26,095 nucleotides of DNA from Marine Group I thaumarchaeote (GTDB lineage: Archaea; Thermoproteota; Nitrososphaeria; Nitrososphaerales; Nitrosopumilaceae): NCBI GenBank assembly GCA_044358425.1, contig CP054849.1, positions 673,947 to 700,041 on the forward strand. Direction: 5' to 3'. The position numbers and the translations under genes are program-made. Positions within the stretch are counted from its first letter, which is position 1; each line of letters starts with the position of its first letter. The notes under the pieces are model-generated. The model was not told the DNA's origin and did no database searches. It saw nothing but the letters and a program-made list of their open reading frames with translations. Below, one piece after another: positions 15,794-25,203 of the stretch.

Positions 15794-16111
15794 ATGAGTT
15801 CAAAAGAATTCGATATTAACGGAACAGATTATACTATTACAATAACAGAACAAGTAATTGGACATGTTAATAATTTAAAAAATCTGTACAATGCTGCATA
15901 TGAAGATCCTGAAAGTTTTGAAGACGTAAGTTCTGAAATTTCAAGCACAATTACAGATATTGCAAGTACAGTTGAGCCAGAAGTTGAAGATAGTGACCTA
16001 GATGGATTAATTCAAGAAATAATTAAAGCAGTAGATAACAAGGCTGCAGAAATTGAAAAAGAGCTTTCAGCCAAAGAAAAACCAGCCAAAAAATCAAAAT
16101 CAAAAAAATAA
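15794..16111 (+). CDS. acidic hypothetical protein with basic C-terminal tail
   Basis: ORF track 15782..16111; ATG 15794 fits TTATAAA about 27 nt upstream. Confidence 0.82.
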   Translation: MSSKEFDINGTDYTITITEQVIGHVNNLKNLYNAAYEDPESFEDVSSEISSTITDIASTVEPEVEDSDLDGLIQEIIKAVDNKAAEIEKELSAKEKPAKKSKSKK

Positions 16112-16185
16112 TTCCAATTTGACCTTAAAATCAGATTAAATTAAGGTAAGGGATAAATTCTAAAAAAAAGTACTATACTAAAGAT

Positions 16186-16302
16186 ATGTCTAAAAGTTGT
16201 GAATGCGGAATATGTGATCATCATTACGAAAATGAATGTTTAGAAAAAGAGTGCAAATGTTGTTTAAATTTTCACGAGAGATCAGGCCCTAGAAGAAAGT
16301 AG
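16186..16302 (+). CDS. 38-aa metallothionein-like microprotein (not in ORF track)
   Basis: MSKSCECGICDHHYENECLEKECKCCLNFHERSGPRRK; 7 Cys and 3 His; CxC, CxxC and CxCC motifs. Confidence 0.78.
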   Translation: MSKSCECGICDHHYENECLEKECKCCLNFHERSGPRRK

Positions 16303-16306
16303 TCCA

Positions 16307-16405
16307 TTAATTGTAACAATTACATTTTTTTGAAAAATGTTTAGAGCACCCTATTAATCGATGATCCTTACAACCACATAATACACATTTTTTTTGTTCA
16401 GTCAT
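16307..16405 (-). CDS. 32-aa metallothionein-like microprotein (not in ORF track)
   Basis: MTEQKKCVLCGCKDHRLIGCSKHFSKKCNCYN; 6 Cys and 2 His; ATGA overlap with the stop of 16402..16776. Confidence 0.72.
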   Translation of the reverse strand: MTEQKKCVLCGCKDHRLIGCSKHFSKKCNCYN

Positions 16406-16776
16406 AATCTTTCCAATAATTCCTTGATATTGTTCATCATGTTATTATTTTTTAAGGATTCTAAAATTTTTAATCTCATATTTTTGATACGATTAACGTC
16501 ATTTGAGTACAAAGGAGCCATAGTTTCAATTTCCTTTTCAAACGAGTAGGTCTCCAGATATTCTGCAAATTTTTTTTTAGTTATTTTAAAATCGGCTAAA
16601 GGAATTTTTTCAGTTTCAATTTTATTAGATATGACTCTGACAAATCCATTAATTTTTAGCATTTCTTTTTCTATTTTTTTAAGATCTCCAGGCTTATCCT
16701 CAATCGCTTCCAGAGCATTATAGGATTCCACAATACGATTTAGAATACTCTTCAAATATTCCACGTAAGTGACCAT
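16402..16776 (-). CDS. helical hypothetical protein
   Basis: 124-aa ORF; no motif recognised. Confidence 0.82.
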   Translation of the reverse strand: MVTYVEYLKSILNRIVESYNALEAIEDKPGDLKKIEKEMLKINGFVRVISNKIETEKIPLADFKITKKKFAEYLETYSFEKEIETMAPLYSNDVNRIKNMRLKILESLKNNNMMNNIKELLERL

Positions 16777-16880
16777 ACAATATTAAAAAAATACACCAAT
16801 CTAAAGTTTAGGAAATTAGCTAGACTCGTGTAAATTATTCACGTTTGCTTTAAATTATTAGCAATTTTCAACAATTACAC

Positions 16881-18218
16881 ATGCAAGAAGATGCTTTTCT
16901 AAAATGTGTACATCCAAAATGTGGTTTAGTGTATCCCATTTACAGTACAAATGTACAATGTGAAAATGGGCATGTTTTAGATGTAAAATATAAAAATACA
17001 CCATCTACAAAACTAAAAGATACATTTTATGAAAGACGAAATTCCAAAGGCAGTATATTTAATGAAAGTGGGATTTGGCGATTTAGGGAATTATTGAATT
17101 TTTGTCAAATTGATACTGAAAGTTTAGAAGAATGCTCAAAATTTTTAGTTTCATTAGATGGGGCAGAAGGCAGACAATCCAAACCATATCATATGTCAAA
17201 GGCTGCTGAGTTTTTAGGAATTGAAAAAGATGGGTTGTGGTTACAACCAGAAGGATACAATCCAAGTGGCTCGTTTAAAGATAATGGAATGGTAACAGCA
17301 GTAACTCATGCTAAATTGGTAGGAGCAAAAAAAATTGTATGTGCATCAACTGGAAACACTTCAGCTTCTGCTGGCATGTTTGCAGCAAACGAAGGAATAG
17401 ATTGTGATGTGTATATTCCTGCAGGACAAATTGCACCAGGAAAACTTAGTCAAGCTTATCAATTTGGAGCTCAGATTGTAGAAGTTGAAGGAAATTTTGA
17501 TGATGCATTAAAGCAATCTTTAGATGATGCACAAAATCATGACGGATATACAGTAAATTCAGTTAATCCATTTAGAATTGAAGGACAAAAAACAATTCCA
17601 TTTAGAGCATTAGAATATTTGAATTGGGATGTACCAGATTGGATTGTTTATCCTGGAGGAGCATTAGGAAATACTTCCAGTTGTGGAAAAGCACTAATGG
17701 AATTATACGAATGGGGATGGATTAAAAAAATACCAAGAATCGCAGTAATTAATTCAGAAGGCGCAAGCACATTATCGGATTTGTATAATGGTGAATTTGA
17801 AAATGAAGAATTAAGATGGAATAAGGGAGAACCAAATACAGAATTAATTTCTAGATATTATGATCATTTAGACAAAGAAGGTATTAGACCAAAAACTAAA
17901 GCAACAGCTATTCAAATTGGAAGACCAGCTAACATCTTGAAAGGATTAAGAGCATTAGAATTTACAAACGGAGTAGCTACAACAGTTACTGATTCAGAAA
18001 TGTTAGATGGTATGTCTGTAGTAGGACTAAATGGATTTGATTGTGAAATGGCATCTGGAGCATCAGTTGCAGGGATAAAAAAATTGATGAATGAAGAAAT
18101 AATTAAAAAAGACGATACAGTCGTAGGAATCCTTACAGGTAGACAAAAAGATGCAATGATTCCAGTTGACTACCACCACAATTCAGAAAATACATTTGCA
18201 AATCCTCCAAAAAATTAG
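16881..18218 (+). CDS. thrC: threonine synthase
   Basis: N-terminal Cys pair; IWRFRELL; EGYNPSGSFKDNG (PLP Lys); CASTGNTSAS; NSVNPFRIEGQKT; ATAIQIG. Confidence 0.95.
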   Translation: MQEDAFLKCVHPKCGLVYPIYSTNVQCENGHVLDVKYKNTPSTKLKDTFYERRNSKGSIFNESGIWRFRELLNFCQIDTESLEECSKFLVSLDGAEGRQSKPYHMSKAAEFLGIEKDGLWLQPEGYNPSGSFKDNGMVTAVTHAKLVGAKKIVCASTGNTSASAGMFAANEGIDCDVYIPAGQIAPGKLSQAYQFGAQIVEVEGNFDDALKQSLDDAQNHDGYTVNSVNPFRIEGQKTIPFRALEYLNWDVPDWIVYPGGALGNTSSCGKALMELYEWGWIKKIPRIAVINSEGASTLSDLYNGEFENEELRWNKGEPNTELISRYYDHLDKEGIRPKTKATAIQIGRPANILKGLRALEFTNGVATTVTDSEMLDGMSVVGLNGFDCEMASGASVAGIKKLMNEEIIKKDDTVVGILTGRQKDAMIPVDYHHNSENTFANPPKN

Positions 18219-18224
18219 CCTCAA

Positions 18225-18232
18225 TTTTTTTT
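18225..18232 (+). terminator. oligo-T archaeal terminator candidate after thrC
   Basis: T8 run 6 nt after the thrC stop. Confidence 0.4.
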
Positions 18233-18362
18233 ATAAAAAATTAAAAATTAAAAGAAAACTGAAGAGTTTAAATCCATGAATTGTTAAATTATCTTACCAA
18301 AAGATGGTGCAAAAAAACTAAATGAAAAATAGTATTTCTAAGAAATTTTCAAGGGGAAGATC

Positions 18363-19616
18363 ATGGTAGAGTTATGGGTTGAAATTACAGCACTATCAGT
18401 TTTGATTGGCTTATCGGGATTTTTCAGTGGTTTAGAAGTTGCATTAGTTGGGGTAAGAAAATCAAAAGTTGTTCAATTATTCAACGAAGGAAAAAAAGGT
18501 TCAAAGGCACTACACAAATTAAAAATGAACCCAAGTTGGATGATGTCAAGTGTTAATCTTGGCAATAATTTGGTTAATGTTGGAGCATCTGCATTAGCCA
18601 CAAGTGTAGCAATTAGATTATTTGGAAATGATGGTTTAGGAATTGCCGTAGGAGTTATGACATTTTTAATTTTAGTTTTTGGGGAGATTACTCCAAAAAC
18701 ATATTGTAATGCAAACTCAACAAAAGTTGCATTAAGATATGCACCAGTTTTACTAGTGTTCAGTTATGTGTTTTATCCAGTTGTAAAATTCTTTGAAATA
18801 ATTACTAGAGGAGTTGTAAAAATTACTGGTAGTAGTTATACGCCACCACCAATAACTGAAGAAGAAATTAAAGGAGTAATTGATCAAGGTTTAGCAGAAA
18901 AAGCATTAGAAAAAGAAGAAATGGAATTAGTTCATGGAGCATTGAATTTTGATGATACTGTAATTCGTTCTGTAATGACACCAAGAACAAAGATGTTTAC
19001 ATTAAATGCAAAAATGCTACTTTTTGAGGCATTACCACAAATTAATCAAAGTGCTCATTCTAGAATTCCAATTTTCGGAGATACAAGGGACGATATTGTT
19101 GGATTTATTCACGTTAGAGATGTACTAAAGGAATTAGAGAAAGACAAGGACGTAGTAACTTTAGAACAAATTGCAAGAAAACCAGTATTTGCTTCTCAAG
19201 AAAAAATGATTAGTTCTTTATTAAAAGAAATGAAGGGAAGAAAAACTCACATGGCCATAGTCGTTGATGAACATGGAGGAGTAGAGGGCTTGGTTACTCT
19301 AGAGGATTTACTAGAAGAAATTGTAGGAGAAATAGAAGATGAAACAGACCTAAAAAGAGAAAAAGGATACGAACGAATTGATCAAGATACGATAATTACA
19401 AACGGAGATATTGAAATCGATGTAATTAATGAAATTTTTAAAACAAAAATTCCTGAAGGAGATGATTATGCATCACTCAATGGACTACTTCATGAAAGAT
19501 TACAAGATATACCTCAAGAGGGAGATAAACTAGAATTAAATGAACTAAAAATTATAGTTGAAAAAGTTACAAAAAATATTCCACAAAAAATTCGAATTGA
19601 AAAAATTAGAATCTAG
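18363..19616 (+). CDS. CNNM/CorB-CorC (HlyC, hemolysin-like) family protein: DUF21, CBS pair, CorC domain
   Basis: [11 protein letters not shown]; GNNLVN; FGEITPK; VMTPR; HSRIP; [25 protein letters not shown]. Confidence 0.95.
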   Translation: MVELWVEITALSVLIGLSGFFSGLEVALVGVRKSKVVQLFNEGKKGSKALHKLKMNPSWMMSSVNLGNNLVNVGASALATSVAIRLFGNDGLGIAVGVMTFLILVFGEITPKTYCNANSTKVALRYAPVLLVFSYVFYPVVKFFEIITRGVVKITGSSYTPPPITEEEIKGVIDQGLAEKALEKEEMELVHGALNFDDTVIRSVMTPRTKMFTLNAKMLLFEALPQINQSAHSRIPIFGDTRDDIVGFIHVRDVLKELEKDKDVVTLEQIARKPVFASQEKMISSLLKEMKGRKTHMAIVVDEHGGVEGLVTLEDLLEEIVGEIEDETDLKREKGYERIDQDTIITNGDIEIDVINEIFKTKIPEGDDYASLNGLLHERLQDIPQEGDKLELNELKIIVEKVTKNIPQKIRIEKIRI

Positions 19617-20665
19617 TTATTTTTAGCAAAATTTTCTTGTAATTTTTGTTTTTTCTCTTTCATATGAAAAATGGACTCAGTATGAGCAAATGCATCTTCA
19701 TAGGATTTATCAAACAACATGGCTTGCAATAACATATGATTTTCAGGAATAACAATTCCTGTTTGATCATCAGAATACATTAGTTGAACAGTGTCTCCAA
19801 TCGAAGTAGTCATGTTTGCATGTATGTGTATCATGTTTGTATCTGTAAAATTAAAGCCCATATTTTGAGCATAATCTCTAATATCTTTAGTACCCTTTGC
19901 AGTCCACAATATAGCTACACCAAATTCATCTGCAAATAATTCATGTATTTGAGAAGGTTTAGGTGCGGTTTCTTTGAATCTAATATCCATTATGTGTAAG
20001 TGCATTTGTCTAGTAGGTACTTTTATTGCACGAACATAAAGAGGAGCATCTTTTCCAAAATATAATTTCACATCATCACCGTGATGTGGTTTTTCTGTCA
20101 TTTCAATTGTGTCAGAAACATTTTTTTCAGTCTGTTCAATATCAGCCCATCTTCTAACTAAAGTCACATCAAATCGTACTAAATCATTACCAAATTTTTC
20201 ACGTAGTGGTTCTAAAATTCTACCCATTCCGGTTACATTACAACTACCTTGCATGACATGTTTTTTACCTAAAACATGATCATAGTTTGCACGAGAATTA
20301 AATAATAAATCAGAAACAGATTCTTCACCTACGGTAGATTCTCCACCTTGATAGATAGCAGGAATATTTTTTGGCTCATAAAGATTTTTTTTATTTTTGT
20401 AACCATGACCGCCAGGTGCAGCATCAATTACCAAATCACATTCGTCTAAAGCAGATTCAATTGTACCTGAAATTTTATAATTTGAAAAATCATCTAATTT
20501 TCTTTCCGGAACGTACACATTTAATCCACGAGAAATTGCATCAGCTACTTTCTCATCTGGAGAATATTTTCCAATACCAAAAACAGTAATTTCAGGATCA
20601 TCTTTTAGAAAGGATGTAATTCTACTACCAATAGAACCATAACCATTAACAAACACCTTTTTCAT
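19613..20665 (-). CDS. gap: archaeal type II glyceraldehyde-3-phosphate dehydrogenase
   Basis: VNGYGSIG; IYQGGE; catalytic SCN; VRRWAD; HHGDDV; IVIPEN. Confidence 0.93.
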   Translation of the reverse strand: MKKVFVNGYGSIGSRITSFLKDDPEITVFGIGKYSPDEKVADAISRGLNVYVPERKLDDFSNYKISGTIESALDECDLVIDAAPGGHGYKNKKNLYEPKNIPAIYQGGESTVGEESVSDLLFNSRANYDHVLGKKHVMQGSCNVTGMGRILEPLREKFGNDLVRFDVTLVRRWADIEQTEKNVSDTIEMTEKPHHGDDVKLYFGKDAPLYVRAIKVPTRQMHLHIMDIRFKETAPKPSQIHELFADEFGVAILWTAKGTKDIRDYAQNMGFNFTDTNMIHIHANMTTSIGDTVQLMYSDDQTGIVIPENHMLLQAMLFDKSYEDAFAHTESIFHMKEKKQKLQENFAKNN

Positions 20666-20738
20666 ATCTACTCTCCAATTATCTTACTTATTTACTAATT
20701 GAACAAAGTCTAAATGTACTTTAAGAAATTCAAATTTA

Positions 20739-21443
20739 TTGATTCATCCGCCATCTTTAGCCATAGGTGCCATAATTGCATCAATTGCAATAGTGGCTGT
20801 AATTTTTGGATTAAATGGAACTTTTGATGAGTCTGAATTAGCAATAAAACCAACACCCGAAATGGATAGTGTAGGACCGGCCAAAATTACAATGGAAACA
20901 TTTGTTGAAAATGGTTCAACAGTCTACGGTGATCCTAATGCACCAATTACATTAGTGGAGTTTGGAGATTACCAGTGTCATTATTGTAATGTGTTTTTTG
21001 AGACAATTGAAGGCGATATAATTACAAACTATGTTGAAACGGGTAAGGTAAAAATAATTTTTAAAGATTTCAACATAATTGGTTCTGATTCAGTAAATGC
21101 TTCACATGGTGCTCATTGTGCAAAAGATCAAGGAATGTTTTGGGAATATCATGATATTCTCTACTCAAACTGGACAGGAGAAAATAACGGATGGGCATCT
21201 CCAGAAAACCTAACAATATTTGCAGAAGAAATCAATTTAGATATGGATCAATGGGTTGAATGTATGAATGAAAAACCTCATTCAAAGACAATCCTGACTA
21301 GTAATGAAGATGCAAAAAAATTACAGTTAACTGGAACTCCGGCATTTTTTGTAATCAATTCTGACGGACAAGTTTCAAAATTGTTTGGAGCACAACCATT
21401 TGAAGTCTTTGAAAGATTGTTTGATGAACAACTTGAAAACTAG
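20739..21443 (+). CDS. membrane-anchored DsbA-like thioredoxin-fold oxidoreductase
   Basis: N-terminal TM helix; GDPNAPITLVEFGDYQCHYC; cis-Pro loop GTP. Confidence 0.92.
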   Translation: MIHPPSLAIGAIIASIAIVAVIFGLNGTFDESELAIKPTPEMDSVGPAKITMETFVENGSTVYGDPNAPITLVEFGDYQCHYCNVFFETIEGDIITNYVETGKVKIIFKDFNIIGSDSVNASHGAHCAKDQGMFWEYHDILYSNWTGENNGWASPENLTIFAEEINLDMDQWVECMNEKPHSKTILTSNEDAKKLQLTGTPAFFVINSDGQVSKLFGAQPFEVFERLFDEQLEN

Positions 21444-21487
21444 CGATCTATGCGTAAAAATCTCAAAACAGAATAAAAAATTCATTC

Positions 21488-21499
21488 CTAGTTAACTAG
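21488..21499. promoter_or_regulatory. perfect 12-bp palindrome upstream of the HMG-CoA synthase promoter
   Basis: CTAGTTAACTAG, 16 nt upstream of TATA-like CTTAAT at 21516. Confidence 0.35.
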
Positions 21500-21543
21500 A
21501 ATTTACAACAAATACTTAATTACTCATGTAGAAGACGAAGCTT

Positions 21544-22938
21544 ATGGCAGCTGGTATTGATGATGTTGCAATCTATATTCCAAGATTATATCTTGATGCA
21601 GCAGATTTTGCAAACGCAAGAGGACTAGATCCTGTAAAATTACAAAAAGGATTAGGTGTTTCTCAAATGGCAATAGTTGATGCAAATCAAGATCCTGCAT
21701 GTTTGGCTGCAAATGCATGTTTACGAATTATGGAAAAAAATAACTTATCACCAGATGACATAGGCAGATTATACATTTCTACTGAATCTGCATTTGATGA
21801 ATCAAAAGCAATGAATTCTTACGTTATTGGAATGCTAGAACAAGTTTACGGTCAAGGCTCATTTGAACACTGTGGAGGAGTTGAAACAAAATTTGCTTGT
21901 GTGAGTGGATCTTATGCACTTTATGATAATACTAATTGGATTAGAGCAGGAGAGGCAGAAGGGAAAAGCGCCCTAGTAGTTGTTTCAGATATTGCAAAAT
22001 ATGACATGGGTTCAAGCGGGGAAATGACACAAGGTGCAGGTTCAGTTGTAATGTTACTAAATGACAAGCCAAGATTATTAGAGTTTGATCCAAAAGTCAC
22101 ATCAACATCAATTAAAGATGAATATGATTTCTACAGACCATTTGGAAAAGAAACTCCAATTGTACATGGGCAATATTCAAATTTACTATACATGATTCAA
22201 GTTAGAAAAGCATTAGAGGCATACAAGAAAAGAGTAGTTGCAACTAATTTAATTGAGATGAAAGAGGGTGAAACAATTTTGGATCATATGGACTATATCA
22301 ACATGCACTTACCTTACAGCAACATGGGAAAAAAGGCATTAGCATATTTAGTTAGACATGAGTGGCGTCAATTACCTAGATGGAAAAATATCCTAGAACA
22401 AATAGGAACAGAGGAACCCATTCCAAAAGATCCGCGTGGAACTATTGAATCAGTGTTAGGAGATGAAGAGTTTATGGCAAAAGATCATGAATTTACAAAA
22501 ATGTTTACAAAAACACAAGAATATCAAGATGTGTATGAATCAAAATTATCAAGTTCACTTATTGCTTCATCTATGATTGGTAATTTGTATACTGCCTCAT
22601 TGTATCTTGGATTTAGAAGTAGTTTAGAATTTGAATATCAAAAAGGAGTAGATTTAGAAGGTAAAAGAATTGGATTTGGATCATATGGTAGTGGAAGCAG
22701 TGCAATGGTTTTCAGTGGCGTAGTCCAACCAGAATACGAAGATATTGTCAAATCTATGAACCTAGAGGCAGAAATCGGACCTCGAAGAAGATTAACTTGG
22801 AGTGAATATGAAGATCTACATGAAAACAAACTAACTCCCGAGGAGTCTAAAATGCATACTAAAAAGGAATTTGTTTTAGTTGATGTAAAAACTGAATTAG
22901 AAAGCAGAGGTGAAAGACGCTATGTCTTTACAAACTAA
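21544..22938 (+). CDS. mvaS: hydroxymethylglutaryl-CoA synthase
   Basis: Catalytic Glu (STES), Cys (KFACVSG) and His (HLPY); SDIAKY; TQGAG; DFYRP; GNLYTASLY; SYGSG. Confidence 0.94.
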   Translation: MAAGIDDVAIYIPRLYLDAADFANARGLDPVKLQKGLGVSQMAIVDANQDPACLAANACLRIMEKNNLSPDDIGRLYISTESAFDESKAMNSYVIGMLEQVYGQGSFEHCGGVETKFACVSGSYALYDNTNWIRAGEAEGKSALVVVSDIAKYDMGSSGEMTQGAGSVVMLLNDKPRLLEFDPKVTSTSIKDEYDFYRPFGKETPIVHGQYSNLLYMIQVRKALEAYKKRVVATNLIEMKEGETILDHMDYINMHLPYSNMGKKALAYLVRHEWRQLPRWKNILEQIGTEEPIPKDPRGTIESVLGDEEFMAKDHEFTKMFTKTQEYQDVYESKLSSSLIASSMIGNLYTASLYLGFRSSLEFEYQKGVDLEGKRIGFGSYGSGSSAMVFSGVVQPEYEDIVKSMNLEAEIGPRRRLTWSEYEDLHENKLTPEESKMHTKKEFVLVDVKTELESRGERRYVFTN

Positions 22939-23006
22939 TCTAACATTATAGAACATAAAGTTGGAATTTATTCATTCGAAAGATGTACCAATTATTATTT
23001 AAAAAA

Positions 23007-23025
23007 AATGTAATACATTGTATTA
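23007..23025. promoter_or_regulatory. candidate operator: overlapping palindromes between TATA box and start codon of the wHTH gene
   Basis: TAATACA-T-TGTATTA (23011-23025) and AATGTA-A-TACATT (23007-23019); TTTAAAA at 22998; TTG start at 23027. Confidence 0.55.
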
Positions 23026-23026
23026 G

Positions 23027-23560
23027 TTGTCTAATCAGAAGTTAAGTCCTTGTAGGAAATCAGTAAAAGAATGTGTGTTGAAAAGACCTATGACATTTAT
23101 GAAATTAGTGTCTGAGACACAATGTGCAACAGAAACAGTTGAAAAATATCTATCAGAATTTCTCGACGAAACCATAGTTAAACAAAAAAAAGGCAAATTC
23201 AGAATAATATATCCATCAGAATTGGATAAAACATTTGTAGAGTTTTATGAATTACTTCTAAATCCAACAATCAAGGCAATTGTAATTGTTTTACTCAAAT
23301 CACAACAACCATTATCTCAAATTGAGTTGGTGGCAATTACTGAAAAATCAAATCCATCAATATCAAGAGGATTAAAAGAATTATTAGATAAACGAATTAT
23401 TCGGAGAAATTATCATGCACCATTTTCAACATACCAAATCAGCAATAAAGAAAAAGTATTTGAAAGATTAGAAAAAACACATCCTGAAATTAATCATAAT
23501 TTTAATGAGTTTGAATTGTGTTATCCGCAACCAAAGATTTTTCTAGACATTCATAAATAA
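23027..23560 (+). CDS. winged helix-turn-helix transcriptional regulator (probably two wHTH domains)
   Basis: C-terminal LSQIELV...SNPSISRGLKELLDKRII; weaker N-terminal HTH-like segment MTFMKLVSET...TVEKYLSEF. Confidence 0.8.
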   Translation: MSNQKLSPCRKSVKECVLKRPMTFMKLVSETQCATETVEKYLSEFLDETIVKQKKGKFRIIYPSELDKTFVEFYELLLNPTIKAIVIVLLKSQQPLSQIELVAITEKSNPSISRGLKELLDKRIIRRNYHAPFSTYQISNKEKVFERLEKTHPEINHNFNEFELCYPQPKIFLDIHK

Positions 23561-23606
23561 TCTCAAAACCGATGAATTAATCAAGGGATAGTTATTAAGA
23601 AAACTA

Positions 23607-24290
23607 ATGAAGTCAATTTTCATTACAGGAACTGACACAGATGTTGGAAAAACATACATCACTGCAGGGTTAGCAATTACTTTACGAAAAATGAACATAG
23701 ATGTAGGCGTGATGAAACCTTTTGCCGCAGGTGTAAAGCAAAAAAAAGGATTCAAGTCAGAGGATGTGGAAATTTTATCAAATTCAGCTAAAATAGATGA
23801 TCCAGAAGAATTAGTAAATCCACAATTTTTTCCAATTTCGGCATCACCTTATACTGCTTGGAAAAAATTAAAAATTAAACCAAAGATCCTACTAATTCTT
23901 TCTAGTTTTAAAAAATTATCAAAAAAACATGAGATGATGTTGGTAGAAGGAATGGGTGGAACTATGACTCCAATTCTTAAAAATTATTTTGTAACAGATT
24001 TGATAAATGAAATGAAAATTCCTACAATTATAGTTACACGAAGTAAAGTAGGTACAGTCAATCACACAATTATGACAGTAAAAATGTGTCAAAAATACAA
24101 AATTCCAATCAAAGGTATAATTATCAATAATTTTGATAAGGGATATCCAATTAATCAATTAAAAAAAGATTTAGAAAGTTTAACTGGAATCAAGGTTTTA
24201 GGTTCAATTCCATTCATTAAAGATATGAGCGATAAATCACTATATAGAATTTTTAAAAAAAATATAGATATGAAATTAGTTTTAAAATAA
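23607..24290 (+). CDS. bioD: dethiobiotin synthase
   Basis: FITGTDTDVGKT P-loop; MKPF; LVEGMGG; GTVNHT. Confidence 0.96.
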   Translation: MKSIFITGTDTDVGKTYITAGLAITLRKMNIDVGVMKPFAAGVKQKKGFKSEDVEILSNSAKIDDPEELVNPQFFPISASPYTAWKKLKIKPKILLILSSFKKLSKKHEMMLVEGMGGTMTPILKNYFVTDLINEMKIPTIIVTRSKVGTVNHTIMTVKMCQKYKIPIKGIIINNFDKGYPINQLKKDLESLTGIKVLGSIPFIKDMSDKSLYRIFKKNIDMKLVLK

Positions 24291-24292
24291 TT

Positions 24293-24841
24293 TTAAATTC
24301 TTAGAATTTTGAACTTATTTGATTTACCAACATTTGAAAATTGTGAAATTTCAAATATTATTTTTGAAAAGGAATTATTTTCTTTGGATAAAATAAATGA
24401 TTTACAATTTGTAGGGACATCTTTGGATAAAACAACCCAAATATTTTCAATAATTGGTTGTACAGACTTTAATTGAGAGATCTTTTGATTAATAATTTGT
24501 TTATCAGAAGATTTTGGAATTAATATTAACAGAGTCATTTTTGAATCTTTTTCCAATGTTCTAACATCAGGTATTACAATATCAAGTTCTAATCCATGAA
24601 ATTCTACTTTTCTTTGACTGTTTAAAAGAGCATTTGTAAGCAAATAATGGAGCAACCCTGTTGCCAGAATTCCAATTGCCTCCTCTTTTTCATCCATTAC
24701 TACAATATCATCATAGCAATTTTGAATAATTTCATCAATAATAACATCAAATTTTTGTTCAGAAATTAATTTAGGAATAGTTTTTGATTTGTCAATGTAA
24801 TCAAAAAGATAGTCTTTGATGGGATTAGATTCTTCAGACAT
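24293..24841 (-). CDS. hypothetical protein
   Basis: 182-aa ORF; SQRKV...LDIVIPD weakly recalls a restriction-endonuclease-like fold. Confidence 0.82.
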   Translation of the reverse strand: MSEESNPIKDYLFDYIDKSKTIPKLISEQKFDVIIDEIIQNCYDDIVVMDEKEEAIGILATGLLHYLLTNALLNSQRKVEFHGLELDIVIPDVRTLEKDSKMTLLILIPKSSDKQIINQKISQLKSVQPIIENIWVVLSKDVPTNCKSFILSKENNSFSKIIFEISQFSNVGKSNKFKILRI

Positions 24842-24911
24842 ATAATTAAATCCTATTTCATCTACATTATAATCTAATTATTTTTATGCGGAATTATCAT
24901 TAACTAAAGAT

Positions 24912-25142
24912 ATGGATTTTTTCAAAAATAAGGTCAAAAAGTTTCAGGAAAAAAAATTGGATGAGATTTTATTCAAAATACAGTTTCATGAATCCACTAG
25001 AAAAAAACTCGAAGAGGAAATGAAAAAAACCAAAATATCTGATGAAAAATCTCAAAAGAAAATAAAGTATCATTCTCAAATGGAAGAGATTTGGAGAGGA
25101 AATGAAAAAAAATTGCGTAGTCAAATGAAAGAAAATGAGTAA
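24912..25142 (+). CDS. small charged coiled-coil hypothetical protein
   Basis: 76-aa ORF; TTTTATG about 30 nt upstream. Confidence 0.78.
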   Translation: MDFFKNKVKKFQEKKLDEILFKIQFHESTRKKLEEEMKKTKISDEKSQKKIKYHSQMEEIWRGNEKKLRSQMKENE

Positions 25143-25203
25143 AAAATCTAATTATTATGAAAAAAAAATATCGTTTTAATACAAATATCGTGTATAGTGA
25201 ATA

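Noticed and set aside
18363-19616. 'Hemolysin' as a virulence factor
   Set aside because: The domain layout is that of CNNM/CorB Mg2+-related transporters; the hemolysin label is a legacy name.
21488-21499. Identity of CTAGTTAACTAG with the core of the E. coli trp operator
   Set aside because: Archaeal context with no TrpR-like or trp gene in the window; treated as coincidence, although the palindrome itself is reported.
7195-23755. Track ORFs 7195..7512, 7377..7604, 8214..8456, 9330..9587, 10341..10577, 12071..12274, 12143..12331, 13010..13192, 13428..13628, 13803..14024, 14951..15133, 15280..15552, 17083..17265, 20371..20589, 22638..22829, 23543..23755
   Set aside because: All lie antisense or out of frame within well-supported genes and show no motifs.
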